Shown piece by piece: positions 42,516-63,579 of a DNA stretch of 64,000 nucleotides; within the stretch, counting starts at the first letter, position 1, and the number at the start of each line of letters is the position of its first letter. The notes beneath the pieces are model-generated. The model was not told the origin of the DNA. It saw only the letters and a list, made by a program, of their open reading frames with translations, and searched no databases. The DNA lies in the NCBI RefSeq assembly GCF_009914755.1, contig NC_060925.1; one strand, given 5' to 3'. This stretch comes from the human T2T-CHM13v2.0 reference genome, Homo sapiens. Position numbers and translations under genes: made by a program.

Positions 42516-44569
42516 TGTTACGGGATCCTGGGAGGTGTTGCTTTTCTAGCTAGAAACCTCTGTGGCTGGTGACGCTTTTGCCTGAGCTTTGTTTGCTCAG
42601 GCCTGCTGGGCCCAGTTGGCCCAGCAGGCTGCACTTGCCTCAAGCTACCAGCCTGGATCCCATGCCTCCAAAGAGACTGGAGCGGAATAGTGAAGGGTGT
42701 GTGGCAAGTGAGCATAGGGTCCGGCCACTGCACGCAGTCAGGCATGCCAACTGCTGCAGCAGGGCAGCTAGCTCCAAGGGCTGGCATGGGTGCTAGCTCA
42801 CTGTGAGGCTGCATCGGGACCAGGCGCCACGCAAGCAACTTCCACAGCTGGCACAAGGGAACGCGGTGGTGCCCAGAAACTTGGAGACTTTAGGAGCCAC
42901 CAGGCCCCAAAGCAGGAGTCACAGCTCAGGCTCGGGGAGCTCTCAGGTCTGGTCTCTCCAAAGGGCTGCAGCTCTTCTCTCCTTCTCTCTTCTCTCCTTC
43001 TTGTCGCCCACAATGTGTTGAGCAAGGGGCATGTTTCAGCTCTGTTTGTATTACAGCTCTTTTGGCCCTGCCATTCGGTGGGTCCCGAGTTCTTGTCCTG
43101 CATCCAAAAGGAATGAGGTACACAGACAAATATAGGGTGAGCAAGACAAAGGGGAACTTTATTGAGTGATATAATAGCTTAGAGGGGACCCGCAGTGGGT
43201 AGCTCCTATCTGTAGGCAGGTCCTCCCGTTGAGTGTTCAGCTCTCAGCAGAGAGGAGGTCCTGGAGTGGGTGGCTCCTTTCTGCAGGCAGGTGGTCCCAT
43301 TATCTCCCTATGGTCCCTCCCTCCTCTCCCCAAGCCTGGCTGAGTCCAGGGGCTTTTATGGGCCTCAGAGGGGAGGAGGTGCATGCTGGTTGGTCCATGG
43401 GCGGCCATGGGTGGGCCCAGGGAAAAGCACCACAAGTTGCCCTTGCGGTTTCTGGGACTGGCGACCCATCCCCCAGGCTTCAGGCTTTCCCTGGCTTGGA
43501 GGTGGGTCTTCACTGTGGACCAGCTTCTCTCCACCCAGGAGCCTGTCTGCCTCCTGCTGCTGTTCATGGTGACCAGGCTGTTCATGCTAAGGGGTGCCTG
43601 CAGGCCAGCACTGGGCTGTCCTCAGTGCACCCCTCAGCCTCCTTCCCATGCTTGTCAGTGCCCAAAGCCTGGAGGGGGCCAAAGTGGCAAGGGGGTTGGC
43701 ATGTCAGCACTACCCCGAGCATGTGCACACTCAGCTGGGCTGTGACAGCTCCCGGGCTGGGTCCCAACTTTGCTCCGAGGTTGGAGTAGGCACTGACAGA
43801 GGGGAGAAGCCAGGTAGCGGGAGCGGACGATTCTGAGCCTGCGAGGGGCAGGGGCCTTCCTAGGCCCGAGAGTTCAGAGATGCCTGGGTCTGAAGCTGCA
43901 GCAGGGCGGTGGTGGCTGCACCTGGGGGGCTCCCACCCCACCAACTCGGAAGGGGTGGGGCTCCCACTTTTCCCTGGCTCCCACCGACTCTGTAGAGCAT
44001 GCAGCCCCAGCTCCATCTCCTAGCAGTCTTGGGCAAGGGCTCCAGGTCTGATGCATTGTCCTGGGCCAGGTGCTGGGCTGCTCCAACGCATCGAGTCTGG
44101 TGCTCCTGGTGGTGACCGTGCCAGTTGTTTACATGGTGATCTGCTCCATGGGGCTGGTGAACAATGTGGGCATGCTGTACTTGCTGCTGTGGGGTGCCGC
44201 TTTCACTTCCTACCCTGGGCCCCTGAAGCATGGCCCCAGCTCTGTGTCTCGGGCCAGACCTCTGTGCCCCATGTGCAAGCACGGGACCACCCTGGGCCCA
44301 GCTCTGCCCTAGTGCCCCTCTCTGCCTGTTCCTCTGTGCACTTCTCTCCCACTGGCGGACGGCTCAGCTCAGCCTGGCCCAATTGTGGCAGTTCCCAGGG
44401 GTGGGTTCCCAGGGCAGTGGGCCTGTAGGGGGGCTTCCAAAGGAGGGTTCCAGGGACTGTCCACCTTGGCGTCTGCACCGGAAGACCCGTGTCCTGCATC
44501 TGTACCCCACTGCAGCCGGCGTCATGGCAGTGACTGCTTCATGGCAGTGACGGGCTGCCACTGCCATCA
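42516..44569 (-). mobile_element. Solo ERV1 LTR, MER52 family (about 2.05 kb, MER52D-like)
   Basis: Minus strand TGATGGCAGTGGC...GGATCCCGTAACA; 4-bp TSD CTGT at 42512-42515 and 44570-44573; GC-rich; minus-strand AATAAA near 43158. Confidence 0.88.
44047..44200 (+). pseudogene. Decayed NPBWR1 (GPR7)-like fragment (N-terminus plus TM1) embedded in the MER52 LTR
   Basis: VLGCSNASSLVLLVVTVPVVYMVICSMGLVNNVGMLYLLLW versus recalled NPBWR1 ALSCSNASTLAPLPAPLAVAVPVVYAVICAVGLAGNSAVLYVLLR. Confidence 0.82.
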
Positions 44570-45062
44570 CTGTAATGTTTCTGATGAACCATATGCAATC
44601 GAGAATTTATTTAATAAATTTACAAACTCTGAGCACTTACTAGCTCCCAGGCACTGTTCTTAGCACTTTAAAATGTAAAGGTCATTTGCTTCTCACACCA
44701 GTTCTGTGAGAGAGATTATCATTGTACTTATTTCACACAGGAAGCGAGGGTGCAGAGAGATTAAATAAATTGCTCAGGATAACACAGCTGTATAAGTGGC
44801 AGAACTGGGATAGAAACCTGGGTAGTCTGGCTTCAGAGATCACATTCTTAACAACCACACTGTTCCATGTCTCCATCTGAGATATTTTCATTATGTAATA
44901 TCATACGTTCTGAACCAAAGTAGTTTTTGCAGCCTTGGGTCTTTTCCCAAGGTGATGTATTAATAACATTGTTTAATAAATCCTCCAATCCTGGGGGTGG
45001 GAATTGGTATTCCCACAGTCTGTTGTCACTTCTAGGTCATTACCTTTATTACCTTCTTGTAA

Positions 45063-45428
<366 letters not shown>

Positions 45429-45683
45429 TAATTTAGTTTTGTTCTCTGTACTCAAATTCACAGTCCAGAACAGAATCTGTGCTTAGTGAAAACGGTGATG
45501 AACCTCCATTCTGCAACATCTTTATGATGAACCTCTCTTACTCAATTTATTAAGCAAATTAGCAAGTAAAGTAGAAAGATGAGAAAAATGGTTCCAGTAA
45601 ACAATGTGCATAAGTGAAGAACTGAAAATTGAGTGCTACTGGCAGTGAATTTGACTCTGAGTTCCAGAAGAGAGGGAACTAGG

Positions 45684-45794
45684 AGGGGGGACTTCCAGGG
45701 GCGGGTTCCAGGGACTGCCCACCTCGGCATCTGCACCTGAGGACCCGTAGCCTGCTCCTGTACCCCACTGCAGCCAGAGTCATGTCAGTGGCCA
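45684..45794 (-). mobile_element. Isolated ~110-bp MER52-type fragment
   Basis: Clear similarity to 44427-44535. Confidence 0.8.
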
Positions 45795-45843
45795 TATTAG
45801 GATGTCTTTTTTATCTCTCTTTTTTTAATTTGATGAGTATAAC

Positions 45844-46233
45844 TATTATAGGCTGAATTATGTTCTACTAAAATTTGTATAGGTTGAAGTCCTAACCCCT
45901 AGTAACTCAGAACGTCACTGTATTTGGAGACAGGATCTTTAAAGGGGCAATTAAGGTTAAATGAAGTCTTTGAGATAGATCCTAATCCAGTATGACTTGT
46001 GTCCTTACGAGAAGAGGGGATTAGGACACAGACAAGCACAGAGGGAAGGCCATGCAAAGACAAAGGGAGGTAGCCATTTAGAATCCAAGGAATGAGGTCA
46101 TAGAAGAAACCAACCCTGCTAATGCCCTTATCTTGGACTTCTAGCCTGAACTATGAGGAAATAAATTTCTGTTGGTTAAGTCACCCAGTTTGTGATACTT
46201 GGTTATGTATGGCAACCCTAGTAAACCAACACA
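45844..46233 (+). mobile_element. MaLR LTR, MLT1B-like
   Basis: ttgaagtcctaacccctag..gtatttggagacagg..; ends ggcaaccctagtaaaccaacaca. Confidence 0.82.
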
Positions 46234-48109
46234 GCTATTGAGGCATTTGGCTGCATTGCCCCAGAGTTGGAAAACAGTGTCCCCTTGCATCATAGTGTAG
46301 TGAGGACTAGCCCTGCTTAAGGTCTTAAGCCTCTTTATTGACTGTATCTTAGGGATGGTCTTAGGACCTTACAAATTGTTGCCCGTAATAATTTGAAGGA
46401 CAATGAAGATACAGTCTTGAAATGATACCCACTCTAGCTCTGTAATACATTGCGTTTTATGCCTTGATTGGAAGGAATGAGTCTGTTATAAACAAACGTT
46501 GATGCTAGCTCTTAAGTGTCTCAGATGGGTATGATGAACCTTAAGAGGCATAATAAATTTCATTGTGATTTGGGTTAAATTAAATAACCACTAACCTTTA
46601 CTCCATTTGCATGTCTTCTAAGAAAATGATTCCAGAGTATTGATTGGCACTCAGATGGGGGTGTTGCATTTTTAGAGTAAGAGTGCTAGATTGACTTTGT
46701 GTTGTAAGTGGTGTCCTTGAAGAGAGGAGGCAGTTGTGTCTCTGGCTATTCACTGGCCCAGCTGTAGGCCTGCTGGAGAGAGAAGTTTGATGTTAACAGC
46801 TTAATGGAACACAGAATGACTTAGGTTTTGAATCAGTTTTGAATTGCCATAGACTTTGTCAGCCCTGAAGTAGGAGGGCTTGCAGCAGGAAATCCTTACT
46901 AGAGTGATTTTTATATTGGAAGCATTCTAGCTTTATCTTGCTTCCTACTGCATAGGAATTTCTTCCATACAATGTCTAGCAAAAAGCTATTCAGCCTTTG
47001 CTTGAACATCTTCAGCAACAAGCAGTTCACTCTCAAAGCTTTCATCCAGTGGTACCAATTTAGTTCTCTGGCACCTCCTATGTCACACGTATGAGAGACT
47101 TTTGGTAGACTTGCGTGGCAAATGGACAGGTGTTCCTTTGGGCCTCCTCCAGAACTAGGCAACCTTTGAAACCCCTTTTTGGTAGTGTCAAAATTATTTC
47201 CTGCCAAAGAGAAAGCACTATTTTCATTTTACCAACACCTGCTTTTCTTGTCTTGTCTTTTTTTAAACAACTGCTTTTCAGAGTAATTTCAAAAGAGGAA
47301 CATCTCCCAGAACTTGTTCTTATCCTGGCCCTGCTGCATAGTGGTGGTAGGCAGATTACTTCACTTCTTTCTACCTCAGTTCTCTTCATTATTAAAATGG
47401 GACTCACAATAGTATTTCAAGGATTATAGTAAGAATTAAGTGAGTCAGTACATCTACAATTGTTTAGATATTACCTGGGCTGCTAGACTGGTTATTTTGC
47501 TGCTTCCATTGTTGGGAGACTCAGATGTTGCTAATTCTTAGCACTTCATTTTGCTTCCATTACTTTTTTCTTTGCTTCTATTACTTTTCTCATATTCTTA
47601 TTTTCCCTTGGATATATTGCCTACCATATGTCCATACTGCAGAAGCTCCATTACTGGCTTAGGTGAGGCAGTGGCAGCTGGGTGCCCTCCTGCCCTCTCA
47701 TGCATTCTCACTAATTGTTTCTGCTGAAAACTGGCCTGTTGGGGCTCAGCAGGACATGGACTGAAATGAAAAACACTTTGAATTACATTCTTTCTAAAAG
47801 ACCATTTTTTGGCAATGAGGAAAGTCCATCAAAACGGTTTCAAGGTATTTCATTTCTCCTCTTACAGCAGGGAAAGCGCATCTTGAGAGTATCTTCAGAA
47901 GAAGTGATTCTCTTGTTAGAGTAGGGAAGGTTTTTTGATTTTTTTTTTTTGTTTTTTCATTGAAAAGGTAAAATAATGAAGACTAGTGCTGTGCTTTAAC
48001 TTCAGGAACCCTTATATGCGACAGATAGTTTTTCATAGACCCTGGCTCCAGGTGACCCTGAATGAAGATATAATCCTGTATGGCTAGATGCCAAATGGTT
48101 GCTCTTGCC

Positions 48110-49181
48110 TATCAGGGGACCTGTCCCGATAATCATGTAGGTTCTTTTATATTTTTCCTAAGCGTCGGCTGGCTTGAGAAATAAAGGGACAGAGTACAAA
48201 AGAGAGAAATTTTAAAGCTGGGTGTCCGGGGGAGACATCACACGTTGGTAGGATCCGTGATGCCCCACAAGCCACAAAAACCAGCAAGTTTTTATTAGGG
48301 ATTTTCAAAAGGGGAGGGAGTGTGCGAATAGGTGTGGGTGACAGACATCAAGTACTTAACAGGGTAATAGAATATCACAAGGCAAGTGGAGGCAGGGCGA
48401 GATCACAGGACCACAGGACCGAGGCGAAATTAAAATTGCTAATGAAATTTCGGGCACTATTGTCATTGATAACATCTTATCAGGAGATAGAGTTTTGAGA
48501 TCAACCGGTCTGACCACAATTTATTAGGCGGGAATTTCCTCTTCCTAATAAGCCTGGGAGCGCTATGGGAGACTGGGGTCTATTTCACCCCTGCAGCCTC
48601 AACCATAAGAGACAGGCCACGCCCAGGGGGGCTGTTTATAAGCCAATACCTCCAGGCGCGTATTCTCTTTCTCAGGGACGTTCCATGCTGAGAATAAGAA
48701 TTCAGCGATATTTCTCCCATTTGCTTTTGAAAGAAGAGAAATACGGCTCTGTTCTGCCTGGCTCACCGGCGGTCAGAGTTTAAGGTTCTCTCTCTTATTC
48801 CCTGAACAATTGCTGTTATCCTGTTCTTTTTTCAAGGTGCTCAGATTTCATATTGCTCAAACACATGCTGTATAATTTGTGCAGTTAACACAGTTATCAC
48901 ATGGTCCTGAAGCGACATGCATCCTTTTCAGCTGACAGGATTAAGAGATTAAAGTATAAAGACAGGCATAGGAAAGCACAGGGGTATTGATTGGGGAAGT
49001 GATAAGTGTCCATGAAATCTTTACAATTTATGTTTAGAGATTGCAGTAAAGACAGGCATAAGAAATTACAAAAGTATTAATTTGGGGAACTAATAAATGT
49101 CCATAAAATCTTCACAATCCATGTTCTTCTGCCATGGCTTCAGCCGGTCCCTCTGTTTGGGGTCCCTGACTTCCTGCAATA
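48110..49181 (-). mobile_element. Solo MER11 LTR (HERV-K11/HML-8), 1072 bp, MER11C-like
   Basis: Minus strand starts TATTGCAGGAAGTCAGGGACCCCAAAC..GAAGCCATGGCAGAAGAAC; 6-bp TSD CTTGCC at 48104-48109 and 49182-49187; internal ~88-bp repeat aaagacaggcata... Confidence 0.92.
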
Positions 49182-49632
49182 CTTGCCTAAGAGCAGGAAG
49201 CTGAAGCTTTCTAGGATACTTCTGTTTCTAGAACTAGGAAAATTTTATTTACTAAATTTTACATTGTGTTATGGAAAAATCTCAAAAATGTTCAAAAGTA
49301 GAAAGACTCATACTACATCCCCAGTATCGTCTACATTGTCAGCTCATGGTATACTATCTCATCTACATCCCCACCTATTTTCTTTCTCTGTCTCTCTTGC
49401 TTATTTTGAAGCAAATCTCAAATTTTATGTCATTTCATCTATACATATTTGTATCTCTAAATGTAAGGACTCCTGAAAAATGTAATCACAGTATTATTAC
49501 CACACCTAAAACAATAGTTTATCAATGTAATCAAATATCCAGTTTATGTTCAAATTTTTTTTGCAGTTGGTTTTTTGGAATCAGTAGCCAAACTATGTCA
49601 GCACAGTGTATTTGGTTAATACATCTCTTAAG

Positions 49633-49757
49633 TAGGGTGGTGATACAATTTAGTGTCTAAACTAGGAAATTTTATATAATGAAAGAGGATTGTTAATATT
49701 ACTGGGACAACAGACATAAACCTGTTAAATAAAATAATTGGGATGTCTGATCACTCT
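49633..49757. mobile_element. MER81-like hAT-Blackjack MITE within old L1
   Basis: agggtggtgatacaatttagtgtctaaact...actgggacaacagacataaacc...gatcactct. Confidence 0.55.
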
Positions 49758-51300
49758 TTCTTTTTTTTTTTTTCTTTTCTTTTTTTCCTTTTGAGACAGA
49801 GTCTCTCTCTATTGCCCAGGCTGGAGTGCAGTGGCACAATCACAGCTCACTGCAACCTTGAACTCCAGGCTCAAACAATCCTCCAACCTCAGCCTCCCAA
49901 GTAGTTGGGACTACAGACATGCACCAGAAGCCTGGCTAATTTTTTCTATTTTTTGTAGAGATAGGGTCTTGCCGTGTTGCCCAGGCTGTACTGCAAAGTT
50001 TATTTTAATCTAGGGTGTTCTCACCTTTTTTTTTTTCCTTGCAATTTATTTGTTGCAGAAACCGAGTTGTTTGTTCTTGTAGACTTTCCCACATTCTGGA
50101 TTTTGCTGATTGCATCCTTCAGAGGTTTTTTTCTGACATGTTCTTATGAGCTCTGTATTTCCTATAAACTGGGGGCTTGACCTGATTGTGGTTTGGTTGG
50201 GTTGAGGGGGTGGGAAGAATACTTAACAGTTGGTTCAGTGTATATCTGTCAGGAGGCGGGTAATGTCAAGTCTCTCCCTTGTTTTGTTAGTAGTGGCCAT
50301 TGATAATTATCACCTAGATTCATTATTTTCTTAGGAGTTTGCAAAAGATGATTCTCCTTCCCTTTATTAACTACAGTACTTACACAAAAGAATTTTCTCC
50401 TCATTATCTGTTTTTTTTTACCCTGAAGTACAGATAATTACCCTTATTCGCATTGACTCAGCTTAGACTCTTTCCTGAGTCTTCAGCCTAAAGCCTGAGT
50501 GTCCTCAGTTCCTTGGTCAGTGTTTCATACCTGCTTATTACTGCTTCGTTGTGAAGATTGTTTGCCCAGAGCAGCAGGGGGGGAGTTGTTGGTGGTGAAG
50601 CCCCTTGGAGTTTGCCATTTACATAGCTAACTGATTGCTCAGCTGAGGAAAACCTTGGCTTCCTCTTCTGGCCCACGTAGAAAGAGGAATTATCTGTAGT
50701 AGTCATGCTTGTTATGTAGACTCTGGGACTCTGAGAGGTGAGAATGCATCTAGAAGGCAGCAGCTTTTCTTTCATGTCCCTAGATGCCACAAGAGGAGGA
50801 GCCATTGCTGATCCTGATGGCCTCATTTTGGTAGATAGGATGGGCTTAGGGCTAGAGAGTCCTGCTGTTAAGAAACTAGCATACTGGAGTAGTCAGAGAA
50901 ACGATTAATTTACAATAATAGATCCTTGACACAGAAGAATTAATTTTCATGGCTTTGTTTGTTAATATATACATATGTGTGTGTAAATAGATGGATTTTT
51001 TTTTTTGGAGGGCTATCTTCAGGATAAATTACTAGAACTGGGATAGCTGAGTCAAAAATTAAATGTATATGTAGTTTTATTAGATATTGTCCAGTTTCCC
51101 TTCACAGTCTATGGTTATACTATTTTACATTTCCATCAGCAGTTTAAGATAATGTCTATTTGCACACAGCCTTGCCAACAATATGATTGTCAAGCTTTTG
51201 AATTTTTGCTAATCTGAGAGCTAAAAAATGGTATCTCAATGTAGCCAAGTAAAAAGTCATATTAAAATATTCCTAAAGGATGAAGTTTGTTTTGAGGGGG

Positions 51301-51632
51301 GATGGAATTTCTCTGTCGCCCAGGCTGGAGTGCGCGATCTCAGCTCACTGCATCCTCCGCCTCCAGGTTTAAGCAATTCTCTGCCTCAGTCTCCCCAGTA
51401 GCTGAGATTACAGGCACCCACCACCACGCCTGGCTAATTTTTTTTGTATTTTTAGTAGAGACGGGGTTTCACCATCTTGGCCAGGCTGATCTTGAACTCC
51501 TGACCTCATGATCTACCCGCCTTGGCCTCCCAAAGTGCTGGGATTACAGATGTGAGCCACCGCGCCTGGCCTGTTTTTTGTTTTTTTTGTTTTGTTTTGT
51601 TTTGTTTTGTTTTGTTTTGTTTTGTTTTGTTT
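51301..51632 (-). mobile_element. AluS (51301-51571) adjacent to a (GTTTT)n repeat (51573-51632)
   Basis: Direct reading. Confidence 0.88.
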
Positions 51633-51943
51633 ATCTTATGTGAAGGGAATCAGTTTCCTGTCCTGGGAAATTGAGATAGATGCATTCATTCATTCATTCA
51701 TTCATACATTCAACTGCATACTAGGCCCTCTGAGCAGGAGAAGATGCCCACATAGGCAATAGAACACTTCGCAGCACGGGGTAGAGTAAAAGGGATGCTT
51801 TTTATTTCATAAGCTTTCAGCCTTATTCACCCCTATTCAGTCATTCCCAGAACTTTTCAAGTGATTTCTCTGGATGTTAGCAGAAATATTTTTTTAATGT
51901 CAAAATTCCAAGAATAGTTCAAAGAGCTTTTCACCCCCCAAAC

Positions 51944-52143
51944 CAGGGGTCAGCAAAATAAACCCCATGAACCAAATGTGACCTGTGGGCTGTGTTTATA
52001 CAAGCCACAAGCTAATAATGAAGTTTACATTTTTTAAGGGATATTTACAAAAAACAAGGAATATGTGACAGAGACCACATGTGACCTGCAAAGCCTAAAA
52101 TACTTATTATCTGGCCTTTACAGAAAAAGTTTGACAGCCCTTG
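51944..52143. mobile_element. MER58-like hAT MITE
   Basis: caggggtcagcaaa...aaaatacttattatctggcctttacagaaaaagtttgacagccc. Confidence 0.75.
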
Positions 52144-52525
52144 TCCTAACCCATACTGAATTAGCTCCTGATATGTTATCTCATCAGCCCTGAACACTTT
52201 AGTGTATACTTCCTACAGAGACATTTTCATAACAGTACAGCCATTAAAATCAGAAAATTAACATTAATAAATATTACCATCTAATCTACAAGTTTAATTC
52301 ATATTTCACCAAATGTCCCAGTAATATCCTTTGTAACAGAAGGCTCCGATCCAGGATCATGTGTTAGAATTTTACTGTTATTCGTCTTCTATCTCCTTTA
52401 ATCTGATGCAGTTTTGTAGTTATTTCCTCAACTTTTATAACCTCAATACTTTTGAAGATTACAGACCAGTTTATTTGATAGGATGTCCTTTAATTTGAAT
52501 TTGTCTGTTATTTCCTCAGGATTAG

Positions 52526-53173
<648 letters not shown>

Positions 53174-53570
53174 CGTGAGCTACTGCACCCAGCAATGTTG
53201 TGTTCTTCTCATTGTGTCCTGTTAGGTGATACAGGCTTTCGTTTTGTCCCATTACTATGAAGTTAACCTTGATCACTTTATTAACGTGGTGTTTTGCTGC
53301 TGTAAAGTTTTGCTGCTGTGAAGTTACTCTTTTTTTCCCTTTGTAATTAATAAGTATTTTATGGGAATGTTCTTAAAATTATGTAAGTACCCCATTCCTC
53401 ATCAAATTTTAACCCTCTGTTTTTAGGATCCATTGATGTTCCTGGTTGCATTATTATACTATGCTGGTCACCAAATGGTATTTTTACAATTTCATAATTC
53501 TTTCTATACCCATCAGTTGGCATTTCACCATAGCAAAAGCTTTCACCTCTCCCTATTCATTTTTCACTTA

Positions 53571-55014
<1,444 letters not shown>

Positions 55015-55111
55015 TTATTTTTTTCTAGTCTCTAATTACTAGTTTATTTTCCTCAATTTGTTTTAGTAAACAAAATATTGTATCCTTCTCCTTTAATGAA
55101 AAATTTTAAGT

Positions 55112-57760
<2,649 letters not shown>

Positions 57761-58109
57761 CTTGATTGTCTGATCATTTTTTCCTCTGTGTAACTAATCT
57801 CCTTTTGTAACCACCAGCCTTCTGTGTGTATGCCCTTCTCACTTCACTGGGTCTCCAATACCCCATGAAAGACTGGCACCACTGTTCTCTTCAAGCAGAC
57901 AACTTCCTTATCCCCATCAGTCTCTGACATCCCAGGCCAGGTACCTCAACCCCAACCCAGCCACATGGCCACCATCATCATCATCATCTTGTGGCCTCTA
58001 GACTGAATTATTCAGGAAAGAAGGAGAGGAAGGAGGATTCTAAAGCCCCCTAAGTACCTCAGATTCAGTCTCAGGGGCCTGCACATTTTGAAACATCTGA
58101 CTTGAGTTT

Positions 58110-58635
58110 TTTTAAGTTTCTTTATTTTTTAGAGATGAGTCCTCTCTTTGTTGTCCAGGCTGGCCTCAAACTCCTAGGCTCAAGCAGTCCTTCCACCTGG
58201 CCTCCTGAGTAGCTGGATCTAAAGGCATTATACCACCATGCCTGGGCTTTTTTTTTTTTTCTCCAGTCACTTTTGTTTTTATTTATTCTAATATTATTTG
58301 TTTGTTTATTTATTTTCTTTCTAGAAATGAGATCTCACTACGTTGCCCAGGGTGATCCTAAACCCCTGGGCTCAAGTGATCCTTCCACTTCAGCCTCCTG
58401 AGTAGCTGAGACTAAAGGCATGCACCACCATGGGCAGCTTTTTTTTTTAATTACAGTCACTTTTATTTTCATTTTAAAATTTTATTTATTTACTTGCTTG
58501 TTCATTACTTTTTTTTTCTAGAAATGGGATCTCTCTGTTGCTCAGGCTGATCTCAAACTCCTGGGCCCAAGCGATCCTCCCACCTCAGCTTCCCAAGTAG
58601 CAAGGACTACAGGAGTGTGCCACCATGCCTGGCTG
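58110..58635 (-). repeat. Three tandem antisense Alu monomers (FLAM-like)
   Basis: ~190-200-bp units sharing a cagtcactttt spacer. Confidence 0.75.
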
Positions 58636-58639
58636 AGAC

Positions 58640-62391
<3,752 letters not shown>

Positions 62392-62454
62392 CATGTATTT
62401 GGTGACATGACCAAACTTATTTATATAAGTTTTATTAGGTGTTTTTGTTTTTTT

Positions 62455-62756
<302 letters not shown>

Positions 62757-63579
62757 TTTTAATAGTTTTTTAAAAATTTCTTTGGGATTTTCTACATATA
62801 GGATTGTTTTGTGTGTGAATGATAACAGTTTTACTTATCTTCCAATCTTTTTTATTTGTTTATTCCTATTTGTTTTTTGTTTTTTTATTTGTTTATTCCT
62901 TATTGCACTGGCTAGAACCTCTAGTACAATGTTGAATAGAAGTGGTAGAAGCCAACATACTTGCCTTGTTCCTCCTCTTAGGGAGAAAAGCATTCAGTCT
63001 TGTTGTCAAATATGTCTTCTGCATCTATTGAGATGGTTGTGTAGTTTTTGTCCTTTATTCTTGTAATATATTGTAACACAATTATGAAGAAGTGTTTGGA
63101 GAGTAATACATTCGCTACTAGAACAGTTTAGGTTTGCTTTTGTTAAGGTGCGAGAAGTTTTACCCACCATTGCTTTTATAACATCAGTGCAAATGCCAAC
63201 CCAGTGAATAAGGTAAATGATGTCTCAATATTCCTGTGAAAATAGTTTTGACTTTGCTGTCCTCCTGAAAGAGTCTCAGGGACCCCAAGAGGTTTGCCAA
63301 CCATACTTTGAGAATCACTGTCCAGCTTGATTGTAGTGGGTTTCTTTTTTTTTTTTTTTAACTGAACCAGCTCAAGTTTTACAGAATTAAAACATGTATG
63401 TTTATAAAGGATATGGAACTGTAATTTTCTTAGACTGTTGCTATCTGGCTTTGAATCAAAATTACAGTAATGTTGTAAATTAACTTAAGCAGCTTTTTCT
63501 TTTATTCTATTTTCCAGCACTTTATAAGACAAAGACCACTTGTTTGAAAGTTTTTTAGTTTTCTTCAGTAAAGCTACCT

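Noticed and set aside
42518-44663. Many overlapping 70-186-aa ORFs on both strands
   Set aside because: GC-rich MER52 LTR with few stops; only the NPBWR1-like segment has recognisable homology, and it is a fragment rather than a gene
45496-45660. GTGATGA / ATGATGA boxes with a later CTGA, resembling a C/D snoRNA
   Set aside because: No terminal stem or convincing spacing; best explained as a short local duplication of tgatgaacctc
50488-50826. 112-aa minus-strand ORF in apparently unique sequence
   Set aside because: No recognisable homology or splice structure; length is within chance expectation
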